Shown here piece by piece: positions 48,465 to 57,746 of a stretch of 64,000 nucleotides of DNA. The stretch comes from an uncultured delta proteobacterium (lineage in GTDB: Bacteria > Desulfobacterota > Binatia > Binatales > Binataceae): positions 384,001 through 448,000 of the forward strand of contig CAVQEQ010000004.1 in NCBI GenBank assembly GCA_963711565.1. The letters run 5' to 3'. The notes under the pieces are model-generated. The model did not search any database, was not told the DNA's origin, and worked only from the letters and a program-made list of their open reading frames with translations. Each line of letters begins with the position of its first letter. Position 1 is the first letter of the stretch. Both the position numbers and the translations under genes were made by a program.

Positions 48465-48627
48465 GACGACGAGGATTCGGTTTCATGCTACCTGTCTCTA
48501 GACAAACAAACTGACGGGCCAGATAGGAGTCGTACCTCCTCGCCGCTACCCTCAAATTCCCCCGAAGGAACCTGAGAGCGAAATGGCGTCCGCGCCATTT
48601 CGCTCTGAGCCTTCTTCTTCCTGACAG

Positions 48628-48683
48628 TGGGTGCAGGGGTCACCCCTGCCCAAGGAGGTGCGGAACCAACGGTGGGTTCCGAA
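48628..48683. repeat. Double-hairpin repeat (GCAGGGGTCACCCCTGC family)
   Basis: Matches the reverse complement of 36342-36400. Confidence 0.75.
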
Positions 48684-48698
48684 TACAATTAGGTTTCT

Positions 48699-49586
48699 TC
48701 AGTTCTCGATCGATTCCTGCGCATTCCTCAGCGCGTTGAACACCACCAGGGGCACGCGCAGGCGGGCGTCGGACTCGTAGATTGCGCGCAGGTCGGCGAA
48801 CTTGTCGTCGCCGGCGAGCGTCAGCGCCGCGACGCGGTCGAGCAGCGTGCGCTTCTCGTCAGTCAGGGAGTCGTCGCCCATCTCCATCAAGCCCCAGACG
48901 TCCCACGGCAGCATCTCCATCCGGTTGAGCGAGGCGAGGTCGCGCAGCACGTTGCCGGCGATGAACCACGAGCCGCTCTCGTGGATATGCGTGAGGCCGA
49001 AGAGGGCGGGATCGGCGAGACCGGAGCGGCACATCTGCCATGCGTCGCCGGCGATGATGAACTTGTTGCGCGGCGTGTCGAGCGGATTGAAATCTATGCG
49101 AAGGGCTTTGCGCTGGATCGCGTCGAGCTGCGCGTCCACCAATGTCCAGCGCTTCTGGGCGGCGTTCCAATACTCGCAGACCCAATGGTCCTCGAACTTG
49201 CCGCGGGTGAAGTATGCGCCGAAGCCGCATCGCGGGCGCGCGGGAACGTTCTGGGCGCGCAGGATCGAGCAGAGCATCAGCGAGAAATGACGGCATACGC
49301 TGGGCAGCCGATGACCTACATCGCGCGCGGTCGTGAGCGGCCGCGCGTCGAGTTCGCGGATGCGCGCCAACATTTGCGCGATCGGGCGAATGTGGCCGTC
49401 GTCGCGCTGCGCTTCGGACAGCGTGAGGCCGTAGAGCCAGGGCGCGATGTCGCGATGAATCAGCACGCCTTGCACGATTTCGCATAGCGACGCGAGGTCA
49501 GTGGGTAGTGCGCGGACTTCGTCCGCATGGGCTCCCAGAGCCGTCATGGGGCCGGTGCTTTTGTAGTACTCATGAGGATTTTGCAT
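48699..49586 (-). CDS. Transglutaminase-like protein
   Basis: Cys-His-Asp triad in CRHFS, RCGF..YF..DHWVCEYW and W.LVD. Confidence 0.85.
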   Translation of the reverse strand: MQNPHEYYKSTGPMTALGAHADEVRALPTDLASLCEIVQGVLIHRDIAPWLYGLTLSEAQRDDGHIRPIAQMLARIRELDARPLTTARDVGHRLPSVCRHFSLMLCSILRAQNVPARPRCGFGAYFTRGKFEDHWVCEYWNAAQKRWTLVDAQLDAIQRKALRIDFNPLDTPRNKFIIAGDAWQMCRSGLADPALFGLTHIHESGSWFIAGNVLRDLASLNRMEMLPWDVWGLMEMGDDSLTDEKRTLLDRVAALTLAGDDKFADLRAIYESDARLRVPLVVFNALRNAQESIEN

Positions 49587-49688
49587 TTTTAAGACTCCTT
49601 AAGAGAGCGGGACTTGGACCTCACGCTGCCCTTCTTTGGAAGAACGGAACAGGGGCCACGGGTTAGGGGATTTCGGCGCTGCGTACGC

Positions 49689-49883
49689 AGAACCCTAACC
49701 CCTAGCCCCTTCCCCGGAAAGAACGGGGAAGGGGAATATCGGTAATAGGAATCGTGGTGTCCTATCCCCCTGGCCCCCTTTCCAGGCTGGAAAGGGGGAA
49801 TGAAGGGCAGGAACCTTCACCCACACCGGACCCACCCCACGGAGCCAACCCTTTCCAGGCTGGAAAGGGGGAATGAAGGGCAG
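49689..49883. repeat. Cluster of gene-less DUF559-type repeats
   Basis: Inverted composite matching 23534-23646, plus an exact 35-bp direct repeat (49776-49810 and 49849-49883). Confidence 0.85.
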
Positions 49884-49926
49884 CACGCGGCTTTGAAGCT
49901 GACGATTCTGCGAGGGGTTCATTCGG

Positions 49927-50175
49927 TCACACGGGCGCGTCGTTGACGGATTCGAGGTAGCGCGCGAGCTTACCGAGCGAGCATTCCCAGCCCGGTCGGA
50001 CGCTCGAATCGGAAATCTCTTCGATTGAGGAGCGGGCCTCCGCAATCGCGTCGGACTCGCTGGCGGCTGCGCCAATCATGCCGTTGCGATTGGTATTGTC
50101 AACCAGCCAGAACCAGCTCTGCTGCGCATTCCACACTTCGAAGCCGATGCCCAAATGATTTTTGCTGATTCGCAT
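49927..50175 (-). CDS. Hypothetical protein
   Basis: GAGGA RBS upstream and plausible composition (WFW...G.IGAAA.E..A). Confidence 0.55.
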   Translation of the reverse strand: MRISKNHLGIGFEVWNAQQSWFWLVDNTNRNGMIGAAASESDAIAEARSSIEEISDSSVRPGWECSLGKLARYLESVNDAPV

Positions 50176-50256
50176 TGGTTCATCCTCGCCGGTTTTTCAT
50201 TCGAACTGCTTCATCGCCTGCTATCTAGTCGTTCGACGGACCTCGAAATCGACAGC

Positions 50257-50541
50257 TCACCCGCCTGACAGCGCCGGGTAAATCCACACTTCAGAATCGT
50301 TCGAGACCTGCGTTAAACCGCCTTGCATGAAGCGCACGTTCTCGCCGTTGACGAAAACGTTGACGTGGCGCCGGATGTTGTTTTGATCGTCGAGCACGCG
50401 CTGCCGGATTGCGGGATAGTCGCGGCCGAGCATCACGAACGCGTCGCCGACGGTCATGCGCACGTCGGCTGGGAGCCGCAGCTCGACGACTTCGTGGTCG
50501 CGGGCAAATCGACGCAGCGCAGATGGCAGGTGAATGAGCAT
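50257..50541 (-). CDS. MoaD/ThiS ubiquitin-like protein
   Basis: LP.ALR, RRHVNVFVNGE and C-terminal PALSGG. Confidence 0.92.
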   Translation of the reverse strand: MLIHLPSALRRFARDHEVVELRLPADVRMTVGDAFVMLGRDYPAIRQRVLDDQNNIRRHVNVFVNGENVRFMQGGLTQVSNDSEVWIYPALSGG

Positions 50542-50549
50542 CACGATAC

Positions 50550-51674
50550 TCAGGCGACCTCGGCCGCTTTGACGCACAGCACGGCGGGCAGCCAGTCGGC
50601 GATCGAATTCCAGCTTTCGCCCTCGTCGCGCGAGGCGAACAGTTGGCCGCCGCGCGTGCCGAAGTAGAGCCCCGCGGGATCGAGGCTGTCGGACGTGAAC
50701 GCGTCGCGCAGCACCGAGAAGTAGCAATCGCGCCGGGGAAGTCCGTTGCCGAGCGGCTCCCATGATGCGCCGGCGTCGCGCGTGCGCCAGACCTTGACCG
50801 CGCCTTCGAGCGGCACGCGAAAGGTATCCGACTCGAGCGGTATCAGATACGCGGTGTCGCCGCGGCTCGGATGTGCGACCAGCGGAAAGCCGAACTCCGA
50901 TGGCAGCCCCTGGTGGATATCGATCCACGAATCGCCGCCGTCGTCGCTACGATAAACGCCGGGATGATTCTGGAGGTAAATGCGCGCGGGATTTTTCGCA
51001 TCGTAACGCATCTTGTGTGCGCATTGCGGACCGAAATGCGGCGCGTGCGGCGGGCCGCCTTCCATCTTCACTCCCTTGTTGCGGCGCGTCCACGATTCAC
51101 CGCCGTCGTCGCTGCGATACATCCCGGCCGACGAGATGCCGACCATGATGCGCTTGGTATCGCGCGGGTCGGGCAGGATCGTATGCAGGCAGAGGCCGCC
51201 CGCGCCGGGCATCCAGTACGGGCGCTCCGGATGATTGAGCAGGGACTCGACCGGACGAAACGTTTCGCCGCGATCGTCCGAGCGATAGAGCGCGGCGGGA
51301 TCGGCGCCCGCGAAGACCACGTCACGGCCGATGAGCGGCGCGGGCTCGAGCGCCCACACCGCGTTCAGGGCGAGACCGCTGCCGGCGGGGAACTTCACGT
51401 TGCCGTCGTCAGGCTCGTGCCAGCTCGCGCCGAAATCGTCGGACCAGCTTACGAGCGCGCCCCAATGCATACTCATGTTGCCCACGAGGATGCGTGGCGC
51501 TCGATTGTCGGGGAGGTAGGCAGTTGAAAAGACCGCCTGACCTTTGAAGTAAGGGCCGGCGATTTGGAACCGGCGGCGATCGCGATCGCTGCGAAAGATG
51601 AAGACGCCCTTCACGGTGCCGACAATCAGAAGCAGGTCGCCGCTTTGCGGGGTGATCGAATTGGCGTGATCCAT
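50550..51674 (-). CDS. BNR/Asp-box beta-propeller (sialidase-like fold)
   Basis: Repeated SDDGG.SW Asp-boxes, GGLCLH, CAHK, QNHPGVYRS and VLRDA. Confidence 0.9.
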   Translation of the reverse strand: MDHANSITPQSGDLLLIVGTVKGVFIFRSDRDRRRFQIAGPYFKGQAVFSTAYLPDNRAPRILVGNMSMHWGALVSWSDDFGASWHEPDDGNVKFPAGSGLALNAVWALEPAPLIGRDVVFAGADPAALYRSDDRGETFRPVESLLNHPERPYWMPGAGGLCLHTILPDPRDTKRIMVGISSAGMYRSDDGGESWTRRNKGVKMEGGPPHAPHFGPQCAHKMRYDAKNPARIYLQNHPGVYRSDDGGDSWIDIHQGLPSEFGFPLVAHPSRGDTAYLIPLESDTFRVPLEGAVKVWRTRDAGASWEPLGNGLPRRDCYFSVLRDAFTSDSLDPAGLYFGTRGGQLFASRDEGESWNSIADWLPAVLCVKAAEVA

Positions 51675-51699
51675 AGTTATCTCCACGATGCGCCGGCCT

Positions 51700-52176
51700 C
51701 TAGCTGACGGTCGCCAGATATTCCGCCAAATTATCGAAGGTGCTGGTCCATCCTTCGTTGTGAAGGTCGCGCGCGGTGACCGACTCGAAGATGGCGTTGT
51801 GCAATGTGAGCCTGGTCTTGCCGCCGACATCCTCGAACAGCAGGGTCAGCGTGGTCTCGGGGCGGGTGGGATTGCCGTCAGCATCGGCCCAGCTCCCGAC
51901 CATGACGAGCCGCTCCGGCGGGATAACCTCGCGATAGACGCCCTGCGTCCAATGGTCGTCCTTGTCGGGGCCGAGCATGTGGATTCGATAGGCGCCGCCG
52001 GGGCGCAGATCGTTTTTGAGTACGGTGCTCTTGAATCCTTGCGGACCCCACCAGCGCGCCATGTGCTCGGACTCGGTCCATGCTTTGAAGACGAGGCTGC
52101 GCGGCGCGTCGAAGATGCGCGTGATTTTCAGGACGCGATCGGCGGGCTCGGTGATGAGATTGGCTGCTGTTCCCAT
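51700..52176 (-). CDS. SRPBCC/AHSA1-domain protein
   Basis: ITRIFDAPRSLVFKAWT..WWGP and DLRPGG.Y. Confidence 0.92.
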   Translation of the reverse strand: MGTAANLITEPADRVLKITRIFDAPRSLVFKAWTESEHMARWWGPQGFKSTVLKNDLRPGGAYRIHMLGPDKDDHWTQGVYREVIPPERLVMVGSWADADGNPTRPETTLTLLFEDVGGKTRLTLHNAIFESVTARDLHNEGWTSTFDNLAEYLATVS

Positions 52177-52215
52177 GATTTCTTCTCCTTCAGTCGGATG
52201 TTGTAGTTAATTCCG

Positions 52216-52737
52216 TCAGGCCTTCGCCAGGTATTCGTCGAGCAGGTCGAGCGAATTGTTGAAGCCTTCTTCCATCGCGTCGGCCAGTTTGTTGAACGCC
52301 GCGCGCTGAGCCGGCGTTTCGTTTATCGGGACCGACCGCAGCTCGAGCGTCGTTCGTCCCGCGTGCTCGGTAAACCTCGACGTGGTCAGCATTTCGGGCG
52401 GCAGGCTGGGGTCGTACGGATGCGGGATCGGCTTGCCGGTGTCGTCGGTCGAGAAATGCACGACGACCAGCAGCTCGGGCGCGACGATCTCGCGATAGAC
52501 CCATTTGCCGCGCACCTCGCGGCCGTCCGGCATCCGCATGACGTAGAGAAAGGCGCCGCCCGGCCGCAGGTCTAGCTCCAGGACGCGCGTCGTGAAGCCC
52601 TTCATGCCCCACCATTGCGCCATCCGCTCGCGCTCGGTGAAGGCTTTCCACACTAGGGCGCGCGGCGCGTCGAAGACACGCGTGAAAACGATCTCCCGAG
52701 CGGCGGACTCGGCGGCGGCGCTATTTCTTGCGGCCAT
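52216..52737 (-). CDS. SRPBCC/AHSA1-domain protein
   Basis: TRVFDAPRALVWKAFT..WWG and LDLRPGG. Confidence 0.92.
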   Translation of the reverse strand: MAARNSAAAESAAREIVFTRVFDAPRALVWKAFTERERMAQWWGMKGFTTRVLELDLRPGGAFLYVMRMPDGREVRGKWVYREIVAPELLVVVHFSTDDTGKPIPHPYDPSLPPEMLTTSRFTEHAGRTTLELRSVPINETPAQRAAFNKLADAMEEGFNNSLDLLDEYLAKA

Positions 52738-53101
52738 TTTTCTTCTCCTTCTTTTTCGATTCGCTCTTCTGCAGCTCGCGCAGATAATCCTCGAGGCGAT
52801 CGAAGCTCTCCTCCCAGAAACGGCGGTAGCGATCGAGCCAGTCAGACGCGTCCTTGAGCGGACGCGCGGCGAGGCGGCACGGACGCCATTGCGCCTCGCG
52901 TCCGCGCTCGATCAGGCCGGCGCGCTGCAGCACTTTCAGATGCTTGGAGATGGCGGGCATGCTCATTTCGAACGGCTCAGCCAGCTCGGAGACGGAAGTC
53001 TCGCCCGAGGCGAGGCGGGCGAGAATCGCGCGGCGGGTGGGATCGGCAAGGGCCGCGAAAGTCGCGTTGAGGTGCTCGGACGATGTGTGCTGCTGAACCA
53101 T
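52721..53101 (-). CDS. ArsR/SmtB-family regulator
   Basis: FAALADPTRRAILARL and ELAEPF.MSMPAISKHLKVL..AGLI. Confidence 0.95.
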   Translation of the reverse strand: MVQQHTSSEHLNATFAALADPTRRAILARLASGETSVSELAEPFEMSMPAISKHLKVLQRAGLIERGREAQWRPCRLAARPLKDASDWLDRYRRFWEESFDRLEDYLRELQKSESKKKEKKNGRKK

Positions 53102-53124
53102 TCAGTTAAATAACCTAGTGGTTA
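53095..53124. promoter_or_regulatory. Tandem AAC-N6-GTT operator at the ArsR start
   Basis: GAAC-CATTCA-GTTA (53095-53108) and TAAC-CTAGTG-GTTA (53111-53124). Confidence 0.6.
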
Positions 53125-53171
53125 AATACAACGGGAGCGCGCATGTGTCAAGCGCGGCCCCGACTATTTCT

Positions 53172-54059
53172 TCAGATCGATTTGTACCAGTCGGCGAGCG
53201 CGCGTCCGATCTCGTGCGGCGAATCTTCCTGGATGAAGTGGACGCCCTTGACGGTCACCTCGCGCTGATTAGGCCATCGGCGGCAATACTCGCGCTGTGC
53301 GCCGGTCAGGATGGCGCCGGGGTCGGCGTTGATGAACAACTTGGGCGTAGCGGTCTTTTCGAGCCACTTCGAATAGCTGTCCGCGATTGCGACGACGTCG
53401 GCGGGCTCGCCGTCGAGAGGAATCTCGCGCGGCCACGAGAGCGTCGGGCGCCGCGACTCGCCCGGCTCGATGAAGGGCTTGCGATACGCGTTCATCTCGT
53501 CGTCCGTGAGCTTGCGCATGATGCTGCCGGGCAGGATGCGCTCGACGAAAATATTATTCTTCAGAATCATCTCGTCGCCGGCAGGACTGCGGAGCGCCTT
53601 GAAGATAGGGACCGCCGGCTGCGACCATTCCGACCATTGCAGAGGCCTGACGATCGCCTCCATGTACGCGATGCCCTTGACGGCCTCGGGATGCCGCGCG
53701 GCCCAGTGAAAACCGAGCGCACTGCCCCAGTCGTGCACGACCAGCGTGACGTTGCGCTTGAGATTCAGGCCCTCGAAGAAGGCGTCGAGATGGCGGGCGT
53801 GATCTTCGAAGCGATATGCGCCGGTCGCAGACGGACCCGACGCGCCCATTCCAATCAGATCCGGCGCGACGCATCGCGCGAGCGGCGCGAGGTGCGGGAT
53901 GACGTTGCGCCACAGATACGACGAGGTCGGATTACCGTGGAGGAAGACGATTGGATCGCCGGCACCGGTGTCGGCGTACGAAATCCAAGTGTTGATAAGC
54001 TCCAATTTTTTGCGTGGATGCGGATCTTTCTCTGAAATTTGCGTGTCGGTGGTGCTCAT
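53172..54059 (-). CDS. dhaA: Haloalkane dehalogenase (HLD-II, DhaA/LinB-like)
   Basis: LHGNPTSSYLWRN, VHDWG, MEA, TLSWPREIP and GVHFIQED. Confidence 0.9.
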   Translation of the reverse strand: MSTTDTQISEKDPHPRKKLELINTWISYADTGAGDPIVFLHGNPTSSYLWRNVIPHLAPLARCVAPDLIGMGASGPSATGAYRFEDHARHLDAFFEGLNLKRNVTLVVHDWGSALGFHWAARHPEAVKGIAYMEAIVRPLQWSEWSQPAVPIFKALRSPAGDEMILKNNIFVERILPGSIMRKLTDDEMNAYRKPFIEPGESRRPTLSWPREIPLDGEPADVVAIADSYSKWLEKTATPKLFINADPGAILTGAQREYCRRWPNQREVTVKGVHFIQEDSPHEIGRALADWYKSI

Positions 54060-54087
54060 GATTTTCCATTTAGCAGAAAACGGCCAC

Positions 54088-54116
54088 TTGACCTAAGCTG
54101 GCCAATTGGCTAATTT
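54088..54116 (+). promoter_or_regulatory. Sigma70 promoter of tetR with an internal palindrome
   Basis: TTGACC-N17-TAATTT lies 7 nt before the ATG; GCCAATTGGC palindrome in the spacer. Confidence 0.6.
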
Positions 54117-54123
54117 ACTGATC

Positions 54124-54756
54124 ATGCGGTCGGAAACTGTTTCAGCCGGTCAGGACGACCGCTCCTTCATCGAAAACGCGCGTCGCGCACAACTGGTCCA
54201 GTGCGCAATCGACGTGATCGCGGAACGCGGATACTCCAACGCCTCGATGTCCGAGATCGCCAAGCGCGCGGGCATAAGCAAGGGTGTGATCTCGTATCAC
54301 TTCGCGGGCAAGCGCGAACTGATCGAACAGGTCGTCAACACGGTGATGGAGAGGGCGAGCGCCGTGATGCTTCCCCGGATATTCGCCGAGCACACCGCCG
54401 CGGGAATGCTGCGCGCGTATATCGAGAGCAACCTTGAGTTTCTGGGTTCTCATAGCAACGACATAGCGGCGGTCACCAACATCGCAGTGGGCGCCCGCGA
54501 CGGCCATGGTAAACCCATGATCGATCTCGCCCTGATGTTCGAGCCAGCAGTGACTGCGCTGGAAAACCTGCTTCGGTCGGGACAGGAAGGCGGTGAGTTC
54601 CGTGAATTCCCGGCCCGAGTGATGGCGGTGACGATCAGGAACGCGATCGACGCGCTCGGAACGCTGTTGACCGCCGACCCCAAACTCGATCTCAAGCTCT
54701 ATGCGAACGAATTGGTAACGCTGTTCAACCTGGCGACTCGCAAATCACCCGCGTAA
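54124..54756 (+). CDS. TetR-family regulator
   Basis: HTH A..VIAERGY...SMSEIAKRAGISKGVISYHF. Confidence 0.93.
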   Translation: MRSETVSAGQDDRSFIENARRAQLVQCAIDVIAERGYSNASMSEIAKRAGISKGVISYHFAGKRELIEQVVNTVMERASAVMLPRIFAEHTAAGMLRAYIESNLEFLGSHSNDIAAVTNIAVGARDGHGKPMIDLALMFEPAVTALENLLRSGQEGGEFREFPARVMAVTIRNAIDALGTLLTADPKLDLKLYANELVTLFNLATRKSPA

Positions 54757-54770
54757 CGGAGGTAACTCCA

Positions 54771-56027
54771 ATGGCATCATCGGGAGCAACTCTAATCAGA
54801 CCAGCGGTCGCCGCGCATCGCGACGAGGTGCGGGGCGCCGGCGTCGCGCGACCGGGATACAACGTCGCGCTTGGGTATCTTCGCGGTTTCCTGGTAGTGC
54901 TCGTTCTGGCGCATCATTCGGTGCTCGCGTACATCGATTCGCCGCCGCCGCAGGCCACGTCGCTGCTGGCGCAGCCGCCATATTGGCGCGCCTTCATGGT
55001 GGTGGATAGTCATCACTGGGTGGGATTCAGCATCTTCACCGGCTTCAACGACGATTTTTTCATGTCGCTGATGTTTTTCCTTTCCGGGTTGTTCGTATGG
55101 TCGAGTCTTCAGCGCAAAGGCAACGCCAGCTTCGTCCGCGATCGAATCCGACGCCTCGGCATTCCGTTTCTGTTCGCGGCGGCGATCATCGCTCCGCTCG
55201 CGTACTATCCGTCCTACCTGTTGACGACCGGCGCGCATCCCGTGACCGGTTACATTCACGATTGGCTGTCGTTTGGCGACTGGCCGACGGGACCGGCGTG
55301 GTTCATCTGGCTGCTGCTCGCGTTCGATCTCGTGGGCGCGGCGTTGTTCGCCGTCGCGCCGAACTTTGGTGAGAGGCTCGGCCGCCTCGCGTCTAACGCG
55401 CGCGAGCATCCGGTGCGATTCTTTCTGTTGCTGCTCGCGGCTTCGGCCGCCACATTCATTCCGATGGCGGTCATCTTCGGCCCGTCGGCCTGGACCAGCA
55501 TCGGACCGTTCCAGTTCCAGACCGCGCGTCTGTTTCATTACGCGGTGTATTTTCTCGCGGGCATCGGCGTCGGCGCCTATGGGATCGAGCGCGGCCTGCT
55601 CGCGCCGGACGGGAAACTGGCGTGGCATTGGGGACGCTGGACGCTCTGGATGGTCGTCGCGTTCCTGTTGAGCGTGGTGTTCTTTCTGATCGCGATATCG
55701 AAGAACAGCCCGCTGTCGGCGAACAGCGCGAACCTGATCGGCGGCGCATTCTACGCACTCGCCTGCGCCTCGATATCGTTCGCCTTCCTCGCGCTGTTCG
55801 TGCGCTTCGCGACGCGCCGCCGGTGGATCTACGACAGCCTCAGCGAAAACGAATACGGAATGTACCTGATCCACTATGCGTTCGTGTCGTGGTTGCAGCT
55901 CGCGATTCTGAGCTCGCCGCTCCCGGCGATTGAAAAGGGAATCCTGGTGTTCGCCGGCGTGCTGCTGCTCAGCTGGGGCGCCAGCGCGGCGTTGCGCAGC
56001 ATCCCCGGCGTGTCGCGAATCGTTTAG
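54771..56027 (+). CDS. Acyltransferase-3 family membrane protein (OpgC/MdoC-like)
   Basis: LRGFLVVLVLAHH, FFMSLMFFLSG, R.RRLGIP, WFIW.L and YGMYLIH. Confidence 0.9.
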   Translation: MASSGATLIRPAVAAHRDEVRGAGVARPGYNVALGYLRGFLVVLVLAHHSVLAYIDSPPPQATSLLAQPPYWRAFMVVDSHHWVGFSIFTGFNDDFFMSLMFFLSGLFVWSSLQRKGNASFVRDRIRRLGIPFLFAAAIIAPLAYYPSYLLTTGAHPVTGYIHDWLSFGDWPTGPAWFIWLLLAFDLVGAALFAVAPNFGERLGRLASNAREHPVRFFLLLLAASAATFIPMAVIFGPSAWTSIGPFQFQTARLFHYAVYFLAGIGVGAYGIERGLLAPDGKLAWHWGRWTLWMVVAFLLSVVFFLIAISKNSPLSANSANLIGGAFYALACASISFAFLALFVRFATRRRWIYDSLSENEYGMYLIHYAFVSWLQLAILSSPLPAIEKGILVFAGVLLLSWGASAALRSIPGVSRIV

Positions 56028-56124
56028 CGAGCGGCGCGCGATCGCCAATTCGCGTTTGCCCTCGCGGGCGCGCCAAGCGCAAAATCGCCGCAGTTGCAGC
56101 TTCGCGCATCACGAGGACAATCCG

Positions 56125-57734
56125 ATGGCCGAGAATCGCAAGCGTAAGTTCTGGGGATGGGGCTACGAGGACCAGGGCCGACTCCCGAACAGCAAAAGCA
56201 CATGGCCGAGCGGATGGCCAAGCGCTTCGGGCTTGGGCCGCTCGAAATCGCGCCGCCCCCCAAGGAAAGCGAGCTGAACCTGCGCGCGCCGCGCGTGAAG
56301 ACGCCGACGGCGCTCGAAGCGATTTGCTCGACATTGCCGCACGAGCGCGCGGGGCATACGTACGGCAAGGGTTCGCGCGATATTCATCGCGCATACCGGC
56401 GCGACTATCCGAATCCGATCGACGTGGTCGCGTTTCCGCGCGATGAGAAAGAGCTGGTTCGCGTGCTGGAATGGTGTGACGGCGCGCAGATCGCGGCGGT
56501 GCCGTATGGCGGCGGCTCGAGCGTCGTCGGTGGAGTCGAGCCGCCTGAAGGCGATCGCTATCGCGGGGCGGTGTCGATCGATCTGATGCATCTCGACAAA
56601 GTCGTCGAGGTCGATAAGGTCTCGCGCGCGGCGCGAATCCAGGCCGGCGTGTATGGTCCCGCGCTCGACGCGCAGTTGAAGCCGCTCGGCTTGACGATTC
56701 GCCATTTTCCGCAGTCGTTCGAGTTCTCGACGCTCGGCGGATGGATCGCGACGCGGTCGGGCGGGCATTTCGCGACGCTCTACACGCATATCGACGATTT
56801 CGTCGAGTCGCTGCGGGTCGTGACGCCGACCGGAATCGTCGAGTCGCGGCGCCTGCCCGGTTCGGGCGCCGGTCCGAGCCCGGATCGGATGTTCATCGGC
56901 TCCGAGGGAATTCTCGGGATCATCACAGAGGCGTGGATGCGCCTGCAGGATCGGCCGACGTTTCGCGCGGGTGCGTCGGTGCCGTTTCCGAGCATGTTCA
57001 AGGCGGCGGATGCGGTGCGGCAGATTTCGCAATCGGGAATCTATCCGGCGAACTGCCGCGTGCTCGACGAAGGCGAGGCGTTCAACTCCGGTGCGGGCAA
57101 TGGCGACGAGGCGGTGCTCGTGCTCGCGTTCGAGTCGGCGGACCATCCGCTGGAACCGTGGATGAAGCGGGCGCTCGAGTGCTGTGCGGACAACGGTGGC
57201 AAAATTCCGGCGGACGCGGCGAAGACTCGCACCGACGCCGAGGCGACGCATGAAGGATCGGCGGGCGCGTGGCGCAACGCGTTTCTCAACGCGCCCTACC
57301 TGATGGACACGGTGGCAGCGATGGGAATGGTGAGCGACACGTTCGAGACGTCGATCACGTGGGAGCGATTCCCGGAATTTCATCGCAATATGATGGAATG
57401 CGCGGGCGACATCATTAAACGCGTGTGCGGCAAGGGCACCGTGACGTGCCGATTCACGCACGTTTATCCTGACGGACCAGCGCCGTACTACACGATTCTC
57501 GCGCCGGGCAAGCGCGGCTCCGAGCTAGAGCAGTGGGATGCGATAAAGGCGGCGGTGTCGGACAAGCTGATCGCGCTCGGCGGCACGATCACGCATCATC
57601 ATGCGGTCGGCAGGTACCATCGGCCGTGGTACGACCGCCAGCGTCCCGATGGATTCGCGCTGGCGCTAAAGGCGGCGAAGAAGGCGCTCGACCCGCGCTC
57701 GATTCTAAATCCGGGAGTGCTGATCGATCCGTGA
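56125..57734 (+). CDS. FAD-binding oxidoreductase, alkyl-DHAP synthase-like; apparent frameshift near 56176
   Basis: The N-terminus MAENRKRKFWGWGYED is in a different frame from the body, which has PYGGGSSV, HFPQSFEFSTLGGWIATR, GSEG and ITHHHAVG. Confidence 0.85.
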
Positions 57735-57746
57735 AACTCAATTTCT

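Noticed and set aside
48013-48493. AGGTAGCA/TGCTACCT inverted repeat around hicBA
   Set aside because: Only 8 bp with no target duplication; could be chance.
49689-49883. 35-bp direct repeats as a mini-CRISPR
   Set aside because: Only two copies, part of the dispersed palindrome family, and no cas genes or leader.
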